A stretch of 64,000 nucleotides of DNA from Nannocystales bacterium (GTDB taxonomy: Bacteria > Myxococcota_A > Polyangia > Nannocystales > Nannocystaceae): NCBI GenBank assembly GCA_050633305.1, contig JBOEGF010000013.1:32001-96000 (forward strand), given 5' to 3'. The position numbers were made by a program, and so were the translations under genes. A model generated the notes under the pieces. It was not told the origin of the DNA and ran no database searches. It was given only the letters and a program-made list of their open reading frames with translations. This document shows, in pieces, positions 1 to 9,325 of this stretch; within the stretch, counting starts at the first letter, position 1, and each line of letters begins with the position of its first letter.

Positions 1-164
1 CCCAACAGAGGCACGAGACACATCGCATACACCCTACGCATCGACGGCCCCCTCATCATGAAGCCCAGGGTATGCAGCCTCATCACAAGACGCCAATCTG
101 GCCTCCACTCCCAGCGCGGCCAAGGGCCACCAAGTCTCCAGTGTCTCCAAACCGGCTCAATGCG

Positions 165-1727
165 TCAGGGCGCCGCCAGTCTGAGGTAGCGGATCGTGGA
201 CGCGCTCGGCGGGCCCTCGACGAGAGCGAGGTGAACTCGGCCGGCATCGTCCACAAACGCGGACATCGACGTCACGCGTGCGTCGGACAGCAGCGTGGAC
301 GTGTGCATGGCGTCGTCCTCGAGCCACGCGACCTGCAGGGAGTACTCGCTGTCGTCGCTGACATCGTTCCAGTAGCAGGACGCCCCGCCACCGAAGCAGT
401 CCGCCTGCGCGGTCCCCAAGCGATCCGCCACCGCGAAGAACGCGAGGACGGCGTCGTTCGCCCCGGCTACGACCGCGAGCGGGCGTGCTTCGACATAGTC
501 GTAGTCGCAGAGTTCGTCCGCGGTCATGCCCTCCGTTGGGCACACGACGCCGTCATCGGTCTCGACGACGTGGGTGCTCCACGTGCCTGCGCCGGTCCGA
601 TGTGCAAGTTCGGTCTGCATCCGGCCCGGTTCGACGACGGTGAGCCCGAGAATCCATGGCACCCCATCCGCGCCAACGGTCGCTGCATACCCGAGCGGAA
701 GTGCCTGTGGCAGCCAATCCGAACTTGGCCACCAGCCCGAGGCAACCATGACCTCTTCTGTGACCCCTTCCGATCGCCACCTGACCACGCGATCGAACGA
801 GTTGCTCGGGATGTCGAACGCGCCCGTCCTCATCCAAGTCGCCTGCCAGACGTCGTCGACCCCCATCAAGTGCGGGAGCTCTGGCGCAGACCCGACCTGG
901 AAGCTATTCAGCACGCTCCAAGCCGAACCGTCGAACGCATTGACGTTGATGCTGACCATGCTGTCGTCCGTCGCAGCGCGGGCAGTGGAGTCCCCGGTAC
1001 GAATGACACCGCGCGATCGAACGGTTTGAAAGCTCGCGATCTCGCTGTCATAAGTCCATCCCTCGTCGTCGCGATGCCAAAGCCGATTGCCCTGCACCCC
1101 GCCCGAGATCATGATCTGAGTCCGCGCATTGTCGGCATCGTAGTCGAGACCGCCGCGGTTGAACGTCTCTGCGGCAGGCTCGAGCGTCCACACGCCTTCG
1201 GTATCGCGGACCGCCAAGCCTGCAAAGGTGTCGGCATCCGGGTTCAACGACGAGGTCAAGATTTGTGGCTCGCAGTCGGTGTCGACGACCAACCCTGGCG
1301 CGTCCGCACGCGCCCCAGGCAATGCGTCGACGAGCTCGTCGAGTTCGACGACGCATTCACCACCCACGCCACACAACGAGCCCGCGTAGGGAAACCCACC
1401 ATCGAAGCACGAGACGGCTTGGCGACCGGAGCTCGACGAATCCTCTGTTGACGAGCTGGAGGTGGAGGCAGAGGTAGAGCCGTGACTGCTGGACCCGTCG
1501 CTGGATTCGGTCGTGCTGGCAAAGTCCCCTGTCGTGCCACTACTGCTGGACCCTGACCCCGTCGGCACGCCCCCACTGGACGACGTCGAATTCACATCAC
1601 CGCCAGTGGTGTCGGCGGCCGAGCTCGATCCCTCATCGTTGGACGCAGTGTCATCACTCGAGCATCCGAGCATATTCACCACCGTCACAAGTCCGCCAAT
1701 CGTCGCCCAACGAAGCCCATTATTCAT
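165..1727 (-). CDS. Myxobacterial lipoprotein, Ser/Thr-rich linker plus probable beta-rich domain (hypothetical)
   Basis: 520-aa ORF; signal peptide ending VNMLGC; S/T/D-rich linker; acidic globular C-terminal part with paired Cys. Confidence 0.8.
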   Translation of the reverse strand: MNNGLRWATIGGLVTVVNMLGCSSDDTASNDEGSSSAADTTGGDVNSTSSSGGVPTGSGSSSSGTTGDFASTTESSDGSSSHGSTSASTSSSSTEDSSSSGRQAVSCFDGGFPYAGSLCGVGGECVVELDELVDALPGARADAPGLVVDTDCEPQILTSSLNPDADTFAGLAVRDTEGVWTLEPAAETFNRGGLDYDADNARTQIMISGGVQGNRLWHRDDEGWTYDSEIASFQTVRSRGVIRTGDSTARAATDDSMVSINVNAFDGSAWSVLNSFQVGSAPELPHLMGVDDVWQATWMRTGAFDIPSNSFDRVVRWRSEGVTEEVMVASGWWPSSDWLPQALPLGYAATVGADGVPWILGLTVVEPGRMQTELAHRTGAGTWSTHVVETDDGVVCPTEGMTADELCDYDYVEARPLAVVAGANDAVLAFFAVADRLGTAQADCFGGGASCYWNDVSDDSEYSLQVAWLEDDAMHTSTLLSDARVTSMSAFVDDAGRVHLALVEGPPSASTIRYLRLAAP

Positions 1728-1779
1728 AGGACCAGGAGAGTACCTGAAACAGGCATCCGCTGGAGGCGACTTCCCCCTC

Positions 1780-2661
1780 TCAGTTCATTGGGACGAGCCA
1801 GCCCTCGAGACCGTCGAGGATCCACGCCGCGCTCACGACTCGCCCGTTGGAATACGTAGCGACGACCTCGCCGCGAGGGGAGAGAGTCAACTCGCGTAGA
1901 ACGCCGGGCTCGCGTCCATCGCTCGAAACGCCTCGTACGGAGGATGCGCCGGCAACCGAAGTGGTGCGCGCAGGGTCGAATTCGAGGTGCCATACCGCTT
2001 CGTTGTCCTCTGCCCAAGGTGCGATGAGCGGCTCGCCTTCCACCTGTGCCAGCTCGCCGTCGGCTCCGAAGTCCAATGTCACGACACCGAGCAGCTCGTC
2101 CTGACCTTCAACTCCCCGCTCGGCCATGGGATAAACCTTCCACTTGTCGGGGGTCTGGGCGAAGAAGACCTGCACCTCGACACTGACTCCCATCTCGTCG
2201 TAGATGGAGATCGAGGTTTGGTAGTCCGATGTAAACACCGGGTCGAGGGGGTCGAACGGAAGCCGCGGGACCGTTCGATCGAGATTGACCGCAAGTTCGA
2301 CTGTCTGCGTCGCGACGCCGGGAATCGCCAACGGGACCGACACCGGGCTGAGCGTCGGAACTTCGACGCTTACGCCAAGAACTGACCGGTCGTCTTCGTC
2401 AACAAGCGCTCCCTGCTCATCGACGCGAAGGTGGAGTTCGTTCTCGTCGAGGACCCGCCCTTCATCGGAGACCTGTACCGTTCCAGCGCCACACACGAAT
2501 ACGGAGATGTCCCCGTTCCCCAGCTCAAACGGGTTCTCAGCGACGCCTGCGCCCTCGCAGGCCCGAGGTGCGAGGCCCTCGTTTTCGTCCTGTGAAGCCC
2601 CGCATCCGGACGCTACGAGGGTGGTGAACACAGCGGCAAGAAGATGACGGTCGACGCGCAT
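1780..2661 (-). CDS. Lipoprotein with flagellar hook FlgE-like (D1/D2, FlaE-type) domain
   Basis: ATG at 2661 (MRVDRHLLAAVFTTLVASGC, lipobox); FlgE-like motifs ATQTVELAVNLD, FDPLDP..TSDYQTSISIYDEMG, LDFGADGEL, SDGREPGVL, GEVVATYSNG. Confidence 0.75.
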   Translation of the reverse strand: MRVDRHLLAAVFTTLVASGCGASQDENEGLAPRACEGAGVAENPFELGNGDISVFVCGAGTVQVSDEGRVLDENELHLRVDEQGALVDEDDRSVLGVSVEVPTLSPVSVPLAIPGVATQTVELAVNLDRTVPRLPFDPLDPVFTSDYQTSISIYDEMGVSVEVQVFFAQTPDKWKVYPMAERGVEGQDELLGVVTLDFGADGELAQVEGEPLIAPWAEDNEAVWHLEFDPARTTSVAGASSVRGVSSDGREPGVLRELTLSPRGEVVATYSNGRVVSAAWILDGLEGWLVPMN

Positions 2662-2674
2662 GACCCAGACAAGG

Positions 2675-2690
2675 AGCACATTCCGTGCCA
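2675..2690 (-). promoter_or_regulatory. sigma54 -24/-12 promoter
   Basis: Minus strand TGGCACGGAATGTGCT (GG-N10-GC), 13 nt upstream of ATG at 2661. Confidence 0.65.
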
Positions 2691-2857
2691 GAGGTAATGC
2701 ATCGAGAACCGGCAAGGGCCAGGTCCGAGGGCCGGTGGTGCGAAACACAACATTCCGGCTCGACGGTACGACAACAAGCGGAACCCGAGTCGTCCTCGAC
2801 ACTGTGGTGTCGCGAATACGAGGCCGATGCTGCCCCCGCGGCGTGAGGCTCGTCCTG

Positions 2858-3616
2858 CTAGCGAGCCGGCGTTGGTCGGTGCTCGGCGAACATACGGAGT
2901 GCGAACGCGCCCGCGGGGTGTTCCCGATACTCCACCAACAGCCCACGGGTCGGTTCGGGGAATTCCTCGGGAGCCGGAAGCGGAACCCCGTACTGGGCGG
3001 GAGCTGTAATCGCAGCGGCCATGCAAGCGAACGTCAGGTCGGCCGCGGTGAAATGGTCCCCGGTGAGGAAGGGACGGCCATCGCTCAGACGCGCCTCGAC
3101 CTCATCGAACACGCGCCGCACATGCACGAACGCCGCGGAAACTTTCTGCTCGTTGACCTCCAGATATCCGCGGGCATATCGCTCGAAGAATGGAAACGCC
3201 AACCATGCCAGGCCACGCTGGTACCGCGGTGCTCGCCCACCGTTGAAGACCAACGCCGGTCGCCCCCATCGGAAGAAGTGCTCGTACATGATCCGACGCG
3301 CCTCCACCCCCAGAGGCTCGGTGAGTTCATGCTCGAGCTCGAGCGTCTCTTGTCGTGCGCCAGGGTCCTCGGGGTACAGCCGCCGATTCGAAGGTGCCCG
3401 AGCGTCGGCATATTGGACGATCTCCGCCGAGTCGGTGAGCACCGTCCCGTCGTCCGTGACCAAGACAGGGACGGTCTTGCCGCCTCCGCTGCGTCGGACC
3501 GGTCCGTAGTGGAACATCTGGAGGTGTTGCTCCTCCCGATACTCCAGCCCCGCGTATTCCAGGGCCCAGCGCGCGCGCTCGCAGTAGTGCGAGATCGGAA
3601 TCGTCAGCAGTCGCAA
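2858..3616 (-). CDS. Glutathione S-transferase family protein
   Basis: ISHYCERARWAL, TVPVL, DSAEI and FTAADLTFA motifs. Confidence 0.9.
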   Translation of the reverse strand: MRLLTIPISHYCERARWALEYAGLEYREEQHLQMFHYGPVRRSGGGKTVPVLVTDDGTVLTDSAEIVQYADARAPSNRRLYPEDPGARQETLELEHELTEPLGVEARRIMYEHFFRWGRPALVFNGGRAPRYQRGLAWLAFPFFERYARGYLEVNEQKVSAAFVHVRRVFDEVEARLSDGRPFLTGDHFTAADLTFACMAAAITAPAQYGVPLPAPEEFPEPTRGLLVEYREHPAGAFALRMFAEHRPTPAR

Positions 3617-3638
3617 GGTCGCCCCCCTCCCGGGCTCG

Positions 3639-3971
3639 TCACATCGTCTTCACCTTCGCGCATGCGTGCTCGTTCTTTTCGTCCCCCTCACCACCCTCGC
3701 ACAACTTCGTGCACGCGTCCTTCCCCATCTCGGTGCACATGGTCTCCGTCACGCCCTTGAACGCGTTGCAAGCATCCTCGTCTTTGGTGACGTCGCACGC
3801 GATCCCGCACGCTTGGTAGGCCGGAGCCGCCAGGTCCTTCGCGGCCTCATCCTCTGCCTTTGCGGCCTCGTCGAACTTCGCGAAGTCCTCCAGGCACATC
3901 TTGGTCGCGGCATCTTTGCCGCAGGCAGTGGTTGCGAGGAGCAGTGCGAGAGCGATCAGGGGGCGGGTCAC
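3639..3971 (-). CDS. Small Cys-rich helical lipoprotein
   Basis: VTRPLIALALLLATTAC lipobox; 8 further Cys; start taken at GTG 3971. Confidence 0.75.
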   Translation of the reverse strand: MTRPLIALALLLATTACGKDAATKMCLEDFAKFDEAAKAEDEAAKDLAAPAYQACGIACDVTKDEDACNAFKGVTETMCTEMGKDACTKLCEGGEGDEKNEHACAKVKTM

Positions 3972-4057
3972 ACGAGGGTAGAGTCGGCTCGCCGGCCACC
4001 GGATCACGCTTCACCCACTTTTTTGCCCAGACGGTCTCAGACAACCCTTCCCGCCAA

Positions 4058-5014
4058 CTACGCGGCCTTGGCTTGTTGCGCGGGCAGAAATCCGGCCAAG
4101 GTCTGTGCAACCGCGGTGTCCAGCGGCGTCGGCTCGATCCCGAACGTTCGGCGGAAGTCACCATCATCGAGCACGTAGGGCACATCCCACTGATACCGCA
4201 TGGTCAGAACCGCGCCGAGCATCGGAGAGAACACGCGCGCGAGCTTGAGAACCCACTCGGGTACCACGCTGACCTTCAGCTTCGTGCCGGCATGGCGAGC
4301 GAAGACTTCGAGCAACGTCCGGGTGTCCGTCGTCGAGGTCGTCGGCAAGTGCCATGCCCGCCCCACCGCTTCGGGACGAGTACCAAGCGTCGCCAGACCG
4401 CGGACGACATCCGGCGTGTAGGAGTAGCCATGGGCCGTGTCGACGTTGCCCAGCTGGTAGACACGGCCGCCGTTTGCAATCGCCTCGAGTACGTCCGGAC
4501 GGATGACTGCGCTCAGGTCCGCACCCGGCCCGAAGAAGTCGGAGGCGTGCCCCACGGTGACCTCGAGTTCCCCACGCGCGTGCCGTGCCCAAAGTTCCTC
4601 GTTCATCGCCTTGCGAATCTCCCCGTGTGGGGAGCACGGACGCATCGGCGTGCGCTCGTCGAACGGCGACTCGGGGGGCCGCCCATACATGTAGAGGTTG
4701 TCGAGCTGGACGAGCCGGGCCCCTGGCCCCGCGGCTGCGTCCCAGATCGCGCGATACAACGGCTGCAACACCCCATCCCAACGCCCGTAGTCTGGAGGGT
4801 TGGTACAGTTGTAGACCGCGACCGAGCCTTCGCATGCCTGGGCCGCAAAGGCTGGGTCTGTGGCGTCGCCTTGCATCCACTCCACCCCGTCGATGGCCTC
4901 TCCAGGGGCGCTGCGCCGGACGAGCCGGACAGCATGACCCTGCGCTGCGAGCTCGATGGCGAGGGGTTTTCCGACCTGGCCCGCGCCGAAGATGGTGTGT
5001 TGCTGCGTCTCCAT
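4058..5014 (-). CDS. NAD-dependent epimerase/dehydratase (atypical SDR)
   Basis: GAGQVG Rossmann motif, DNLYMYG, DFFGPG; divergent from LysR. Confidence 0.9.
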   Translation of the reverse strand: METQQHTIFGAGQVGKPLAIELAAQGHAVRLVRRSAPGEAIDGVEWMQGDATDPAFAAQACEGSVAVYNCTNPPDYGRWDGVLQPLYRAIWDAAAGPGARLVQLDNLYMYGRPPESPFDERTPMRPCSPHGEIRKAMNEELWARHARGELEVTVGHASDFFGPGADLSAVIRPDVLEAIANGGRVYQLGNVDTAHGYSYTPDVVRGLATLGTRPEAVGRAWHLPTTSTTDTRTLLEVFARHAGTKLKVSVVPEWVLKLARVFSPMLGAVLTMRYQWDVPYVLDDGDFRRTFGIEPTPLDTAVAQTLAGFLPAQQAKAA

Positions 5015-5071
5015 GGCCTCAACATAGGATTTGCATCCACATCCCGAAAGTCGTCGTTATTCGACTAGGCT

Positions 5072-5085
5072 TTGCATCCATGCAA
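5072..5085. promoter_or_regulatory. Probable LysR operator palindrome
   Basis: TTGCATCCATGCAA perfect 6-bp inverted repeat overlapping the LysR ATG; TTTGCATCCA also occurs near 5030. Confidence 0.45.
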
Positions 5086-5982
5086 CCCCTGCGATGGGAC
5101 GACCTGCGCATTCTCCTGGCCGTGTTCCGAGAAGGCTCACTCAAGAGAGCCTCCGCCTCGTTGGACATCAACATCTCCACCGCCTCTCGCAGGATCGACG
5201 CGCTGGAGGCCTTGGTGGGGGCCCGCTTGTTCGACCGGACCCCTGACGGAGCCAAGCCCACCGACGCCGCCGAGCGGCTCGTGCCCCATGCCGAGACGAT
5301 GGAGCGCGGCGCGACTGGCTTCCTTCAAGTCGCCGAGGGTCTCGAGGTGGAGCCCGAGGGCATCGTCCGTCTCGCAGCGCCCCCGGGCGTCGCCGACCAC
5401 TTCCTCGTTCCCCAACTCCGTTCGCTGATCGATCGCCATCCCAAAGTCCGGTTGCAGATCCTCGCGGGCATTGGATACGCCGACCTCAGCCGTCGAGAGG
5501 CCGACCTCGCGCTTCGCCTCCGTAGACCGACCGGCGGAGACTTCACAGTCCGGCGCATCGCAAATGATGGCTATGTGGCGATCACCTGCGCCGATACACC
5601 CACGCAGCGAGCGGTGTCCGATGCGTCGCGGTGTCGCTGGGTGACCTGGGGCGAAGACCTACACGACCGGGCCGACCGAGCGTGGGTGTTTGAGCAAGCG
5701 GGCGCGGAGGCGATTGTGTTGGAGACCAGCAGCATGACCGCCCAGATCGAGGCCGTGCGTATGGGGCTTGCCGCGATGCTGGTTCCCGTGCCCTACGTGA
5801 CCCTCCGCGGGGTCAAGCGACTGAAGCTCTCGAAGGCATTGGAGGCGTCTCTGCAGGCGATCCCGCCAGACCCACTGTGGCTCGTGGGGCACCGGGCGTT
5901 GCGAGAGGTTCCCAGGATTGCTGCGGTGTGGGAATGGCTTCTCGAGGGGATGAGCTTCGTGAATCCACGGGTTGACCGGTGA
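5080..5982 (+). CDS. LysR family transcriptional regulator
   Basis: WDDLR..L...REGSL..AS..L....STASRRI..LE HTH; EADLALR; PRIAAVWEWL. Confidence 0.92.
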   Translation: MQPLRWDDLRILLAVFREGSLKRASASLDINISTASRRIDALEALVGARLFDRTPDGAKPTDAAERLVPHAETMERGATGFLQVAEGLEVEPEGIVRLAAPPGVADHFLVPQLRSLIDRHPKVRLQILAGIGYADLSRREADLALRLRRPTGGDFTVRRIANDGYVAITCADTPTQRAVSDASRCRWVTWGEDLHDRADRAWVFEQAGAEAIVLETSSMTAQIEAVRMGLAAMLVPVPYVTLRGVKRLKLSKALEASLQAIPPDPLWLVGHRALREVPRIAAVWEWLLEGMSFVNPRVDR

Positions 5983-6028
5983 GAACCTCCTCGCTGTTCT
6001 CGCTCCTCGTGGCTTGCGACCTCGCGCC

Positions 6029-6382
6029 CTATCGGCAGTCAAAGATCGACGAACAGTCGAAGTCGAGACAATCAACGAATCCATCAAGGTCGTTATCGCC
6101 CCCATCGAGACAGGCGTCGAAGCTGTTCTCAGGCCCCTTCACGGGACAGGGTACCAAGCACACGGTTACACCGGCCCCATACAAACAGGCAAAATCCTCG
6201 CAGTCCACGAAGCTATCGTAGTCATTGTCCACCCCGTCGCTGCACAACGCGTCGGTATAGCGATGTGCCGGATCCGTGGAGCATCTGAATCGCACCTGCA
6301 CCTGCACCTGCACCTGCACCTGCACCCCACTGGGCCGCCCGAGCCGGGGTCGGTGAAAGCCATGTCCGTTGCGCAACCTCAT
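6029..6382 (-). pseudogene. C-terminal fragment with two Cys/Asp-rich CxDGxDNDxDxxVDCxDxxC repeats
   Basis: CSDGVDNDYDSFVDCEDFAC and CLDGGDNDLDGFVDCLDFDC; N-terminus lacks a signal peptide and reads through a hexamer repeat. Confidence 0.55.
6292..6326. repeat. (GCACCT)n hexamer tandem repeat, about 5.8 copies
   Basis: Directly visible in sequence. Confidence 0.95.
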
Positions 6383-6404
6383 GGGGTTCCACCGCAGGTC
6401 AACG

Positions 6405-6420
6405 TGGCACGCCCGTTGCT
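6405..6420 (+). promoter_or_regulatory. sigma54 -24/-12 promoter
   Basis: TGGCACGCCCGTTGCT matches consensus TGGCAC-N5-TTGC; 12 nt upstream of ATG at 6433. Confidence 0.75.
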
Positions 6421-6432
6421 AACGCGGGGGTC

Positions 6433-6640
6433 ATGCCTAACCACAAACCCCACCTCCTTGCCGCCGCTCTGCTCGGCTGCATCTACGTCACCGGTTGCGA
6501 TGCATCCGCGCCTCTCGATGGACCAGACGAGGCAAGTCAGGAGGACCGAGGCCCGATCGGTAAGGCCGACAACATCGGCTCCTGTGCACCCGTCGACGAT
6601 GAAATCGCCTGTGGGAGACACAGCATCGAAGGCAGATGCC
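6433..6640 (+). pseudogene. N-terminal remnant of a myxobacterial GKAD-motif lipoprotein
   Basis: MPNHKPHLLAAALLGCIYVTGC lipobox, GKADNIGSC...CG...GRC, then the frame runs antisense into the next gene; end approximate. Confidence 0.5.
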
Positions 6641-6701
6641 TAGTTGGCGTCCCCTCGCTCCGGCCTGGAGACTGCGCGCGAGTGCTGACAAGGACAACCC
6701 G

Positions 6702-7169
6702 TCAATCCGCCACTCTCGCGCCCTCGAGTGCCTGCCACGCGACGGCGAAGTTGGGTTTCCCCGATTCGCGTTGGGCGCTCGCTTCCATGACGAGCGTCCG
6801 CTCACCGACCGCCCGCCACGCGAGCAGCACATGCTCCGAACCGCCGGAGCCTCCTTCACGGACCTCCTCCACATAGCGGACCGGTCCGCCTGTGAGACTG
6901 CGCTGTTCGAGGCTGGTCGCCGGAGTCGGAGGCCCGGCGGCCAACCACAGCTCGATCACCATCGGGCTGCGCAAGGCCCCCGACTCCGTGAACGTCATTC
7001 GGTTTTCGACGTGGTCGGCCCGAAAGCCGTCAGGCATTTCGGCCGAGATACCTGCGTAGTGGACCGAGGAGCCTGACGTTGGAGTGGGTATGGAGGGAGA
7101 GTTCGCGGTGCAACCCGCGAGGCAGAGCGCGGACAGCACAGTCATCGACGTCACGTGTTGGCTGCTCAT
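6702..7169 (-). CDS. Tsi3-like (T6SS Tse3 immunity-like) lipoprotein
   Basis: LCLAGC lipobox; PDGF..FTESGALRSP, RY..E...GGSGGSEH.L.A, ASAQRESGKPNFAVAW..LE.AR match recalled Pseudomonas aeruginosa Tsi3 sequence; start 7169 or 7145. Confidence 0.75.
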   Translation of the reverse strand: MSSQHVTSMTVLSALCLAGCTANSPSIPTPTSGSSVHYAGISAEMPDGFRADHVENRMTFTESGALRSPMVIELWLAAGPPTPATSLEQRSLTGGPVRYVEEVREGGSGGSEHVLLAWRAVGERTLVMEASAQRESGKPNFAVAWQALEGARVAD

Positions 7170-7610
7170 CGTCGAAACCTTGGCGCCAAGTGAAGGGCTC
7201 GCCCCATCGGCACGTAGCATATCCCACAACGCACCGGAGGCTGTGCAGCCGCCCGGGGGGCAGCACGTCTCCATCTATCCAAGGTCGCACCGTCGCCGCG
7301 TTTCCGGGGCCGAACCTGCCGGCCTACCGAGGAAACTGGAGTGCGTGGCCACTCCCCAACGTAGAGTCCATCGGCATGGAGTCGCTCTTGTCCGGAGCGG
7401 CAGGCTCGGGCGGGATGACGGGCTCGCGTGCGGGAGGCTCGCCCTGCAAGAGCCCGCGGCGAGCCTACCGACGCCCGCATCCATCCGGGTCCAGAGGAGC
7501 GCTACGCCCAACGACGCGCGCGGTGACCTGAGCCCGGAGCGTTTTCAAGACAGAGCGGAGGACATTCGGATCACGAGCGTTGTGGTGCACCTGCGGTAGG
7601 GTTGGCAACG

Positions 7611-8612
7611 ATGCCTTCACCCCCGGGATCTGAGCCCGCCCAGAGTCCGCCGCCTGCCCCCAACGGGCTCAGCGAGTGTTTCTCCGACAAGCGGATGGTG
7701 TCCGTCGAGATCCTCCGCGCCCTACAGAAGAAGAGCAACGGTCCGGGCGTGGCTCGTCTGCTCGCGCAGGGCAGCGGTTACCTCGTGGCCGGGATCACCC
7801 TCGTTCTCGCCGAACAGACCTGGCTCGTGGCGGCTGCCTTCGTCGTCAGCTCCGTCTTCCAGTTCGCGTTCTTCGGAATGCTTCACGAGGCATGCCACTT
7901 CACCGCGTTCGCCAGCCGGCGGCTGAACCTACTGGCGGGTTGGGTCGCAGCTCTCGCCCAACCGATGTCCCCCGCCCTAATGCGTGCATTCCACTACGAG
8001 CACCACCGGTTCACGCACCAGCTCGAGCGTGACCCCGAGCTCGCTCAGATGGCGTTCATGGTCCGCTGGCCGCCACACCTGATGTGGCTCATGACGATGA
8101 CCGGCCTGCCCATCGTCGCCGCTCGATTTGGCTGGACCCTGTTCGCGGCCGTCGTGCCTCCGGGTCGCGCATGGGACAAGGTCTTGCCCTTCGTCCGACC
8201 TGCTCAGCGGCGTGCGATCGCATGGGAGGCACGGGCTCTTGCGCTCATCCACGGCGGCGCAATGGCAGTGGCGGTGTTGTGGCTACCCGAGCTGTGGCGC
8301 GTGTATGCAGCCCTGGCGACGGGACACGCGCTCCTCTCGTTCTACATCACCTGTGAGCATCGCGGACTCCCGACCGAGGGCACCATCCTCGACCGCACGC
8401 GGTCGTTGCAAACGCCGTCTTGGATCCGCTGGCTGCTTTGGAACATGCCCTTCCACGCCGAGCACCATGGATGGCCAGCGGTGCCGTTTCACGCTCTGCC
8501 CGAGCTACACGCGACGGTCCGAGAGCATCTGGTTCATCGGGTCAGTCCCGCGTACCTCCACATGCACGGCGGCCGCGAACCGGCTCCCCCAAGAGACGAA
8601 CCGCAAGCGTAG
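7611..8612 (+). CDS. Membrane fatty acid desaturase family protein
   Basis: Three His boxes HEACH, HYEHH, HAEHH plus PAVPFHALP; TM segments. Confidence 0.9.
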   Translation: MPSPPGSEPAQSPPPAPNGLSECFSDKRMVSVEILRALQKKSNGPGVARLLAQGSGYLVAGITLVLAEQTWLVAAAFVVSSVFQFAFFGMLHEACHFTAFASRRLNLLAGWVAALAQPMSPALMRAFHYEHHRFTHQLERDPELAQMAFMVRWPPHLMWLMTMTGLPIVAARFGWTLFAAVVPPGRAWDKVLPFVRPAQRRAIAWEARALALIHGGAMAVAVLWLPELWRVYAALATGHALLSFYITCEHRGLPTEGTILDRTRSLQTPSWIRWLLWNMPFHAEHHGWPAVPFHALPELHATVREHLVHRVSPAYLHMHGGREPAPPRDEPQA

Positions 8613-9141
8613 GCGACGAGATGTCCGCTTCGAACTCGGCCGCGATCGATTCGAGCGCGAGCTGCGGTTCGCTCACCGGCCCGATCGAGACCGCCTCCAG
8701 CATCTCGTCGAACTCCTCCGTCGTGAAGGTGTCGAAGGCGTCGGCACGGGTCACCATGTCGAGAAGCATCGATCCGACGGCGTTCCCTAGAGTCCCCAGC
8801 ACAAAGCGAGGCACACACTTGTCGTCCGGGCCACGGGTGCTTCCGGGGGGACAGGCACTGCTCCAGCTATCAGCGCCGCCATTGCCCGTGTCCAATACGC
8901 AACCGTCGATCGGACCGGGCTTCGCCCCCGGTGGGCATGCGACGTACCAACCGTCCGTGGTGGGCGTGAAGCGAACGGTAATCCGCTCGGGAACACATTC
9001 CCCCAGAGGCCCCACGACGAACCCTGGCTCACACCAGTCGTTGGGATCGGCATCTCGCCCGCCCTCCCGGACGCGAAGCGTCGCGACGCATCGACCGAGG
9101 GGGTCCGGCTGGGTTCCGGGCGGGCACTCAGCTTCGTACAT
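8542..9141 (-). CDS. Hypothetical protein with four short CPPG-x-C repeats
   Basis: CPPGTQPDPLGRC, CEPGFVVGPLGEC, CPPGAKPGPIDGC, CPPGSTRGPDDKC; 3' end overlaps the desaturase; may be partial. Confidence 0.55.
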   Translation of the reverse strand: MYEAECPPGTQPDPLGRCVATLRVREGGRDADPNDWCEPGFVVGPLGECVPERITVRFTPTTDGWYVACPPGAKPGPIDGCVLDTGNGGADSWSSACPPGSTRGPDDKCVPRFVLGTLGNAVGSMLLDMVTRADAFDTFTTEEFDEMLEAVSIGPVSEPQLALESIAAEFEADISSPTLAVRLLGEPVRGRRACGGTRD

Positions 9142-9325
9142 GCGGGTCGCCTCAGTCCTGCTCCGAGTCGCCGCGCCGGGTTACTGCTCGCAAACCCGAA
9201 CCAGCAGGGTCTCGCAGAGCTCAACTGTGCGGCGATAGCAGCGAGCCCGCTGCTGCCCGGCCAGCCCCTTGCAGTCGTCCGGCCGCGAGCCACCCTCCAC
9301 CGGCGTCCTCCACCGAAGATCCCTC

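Noticed and set aside
72..1451. Long antisense or alternate-frame ORFs (also 31944-33557 -, 36356-37615 -, 44055-45836 -, 30940-32340 -)
   Set aside because: Shadow ORFs of real genes, expected from high GC3 bias; Arg/Pro-rich with no motifs.
6292..6326. Short tandem repeats (also 21321-21366, 42958-43008, 13971-14010) as CRISPR arrays
   Set aside because: No unique spacers, wrong unit size, no cas genes.
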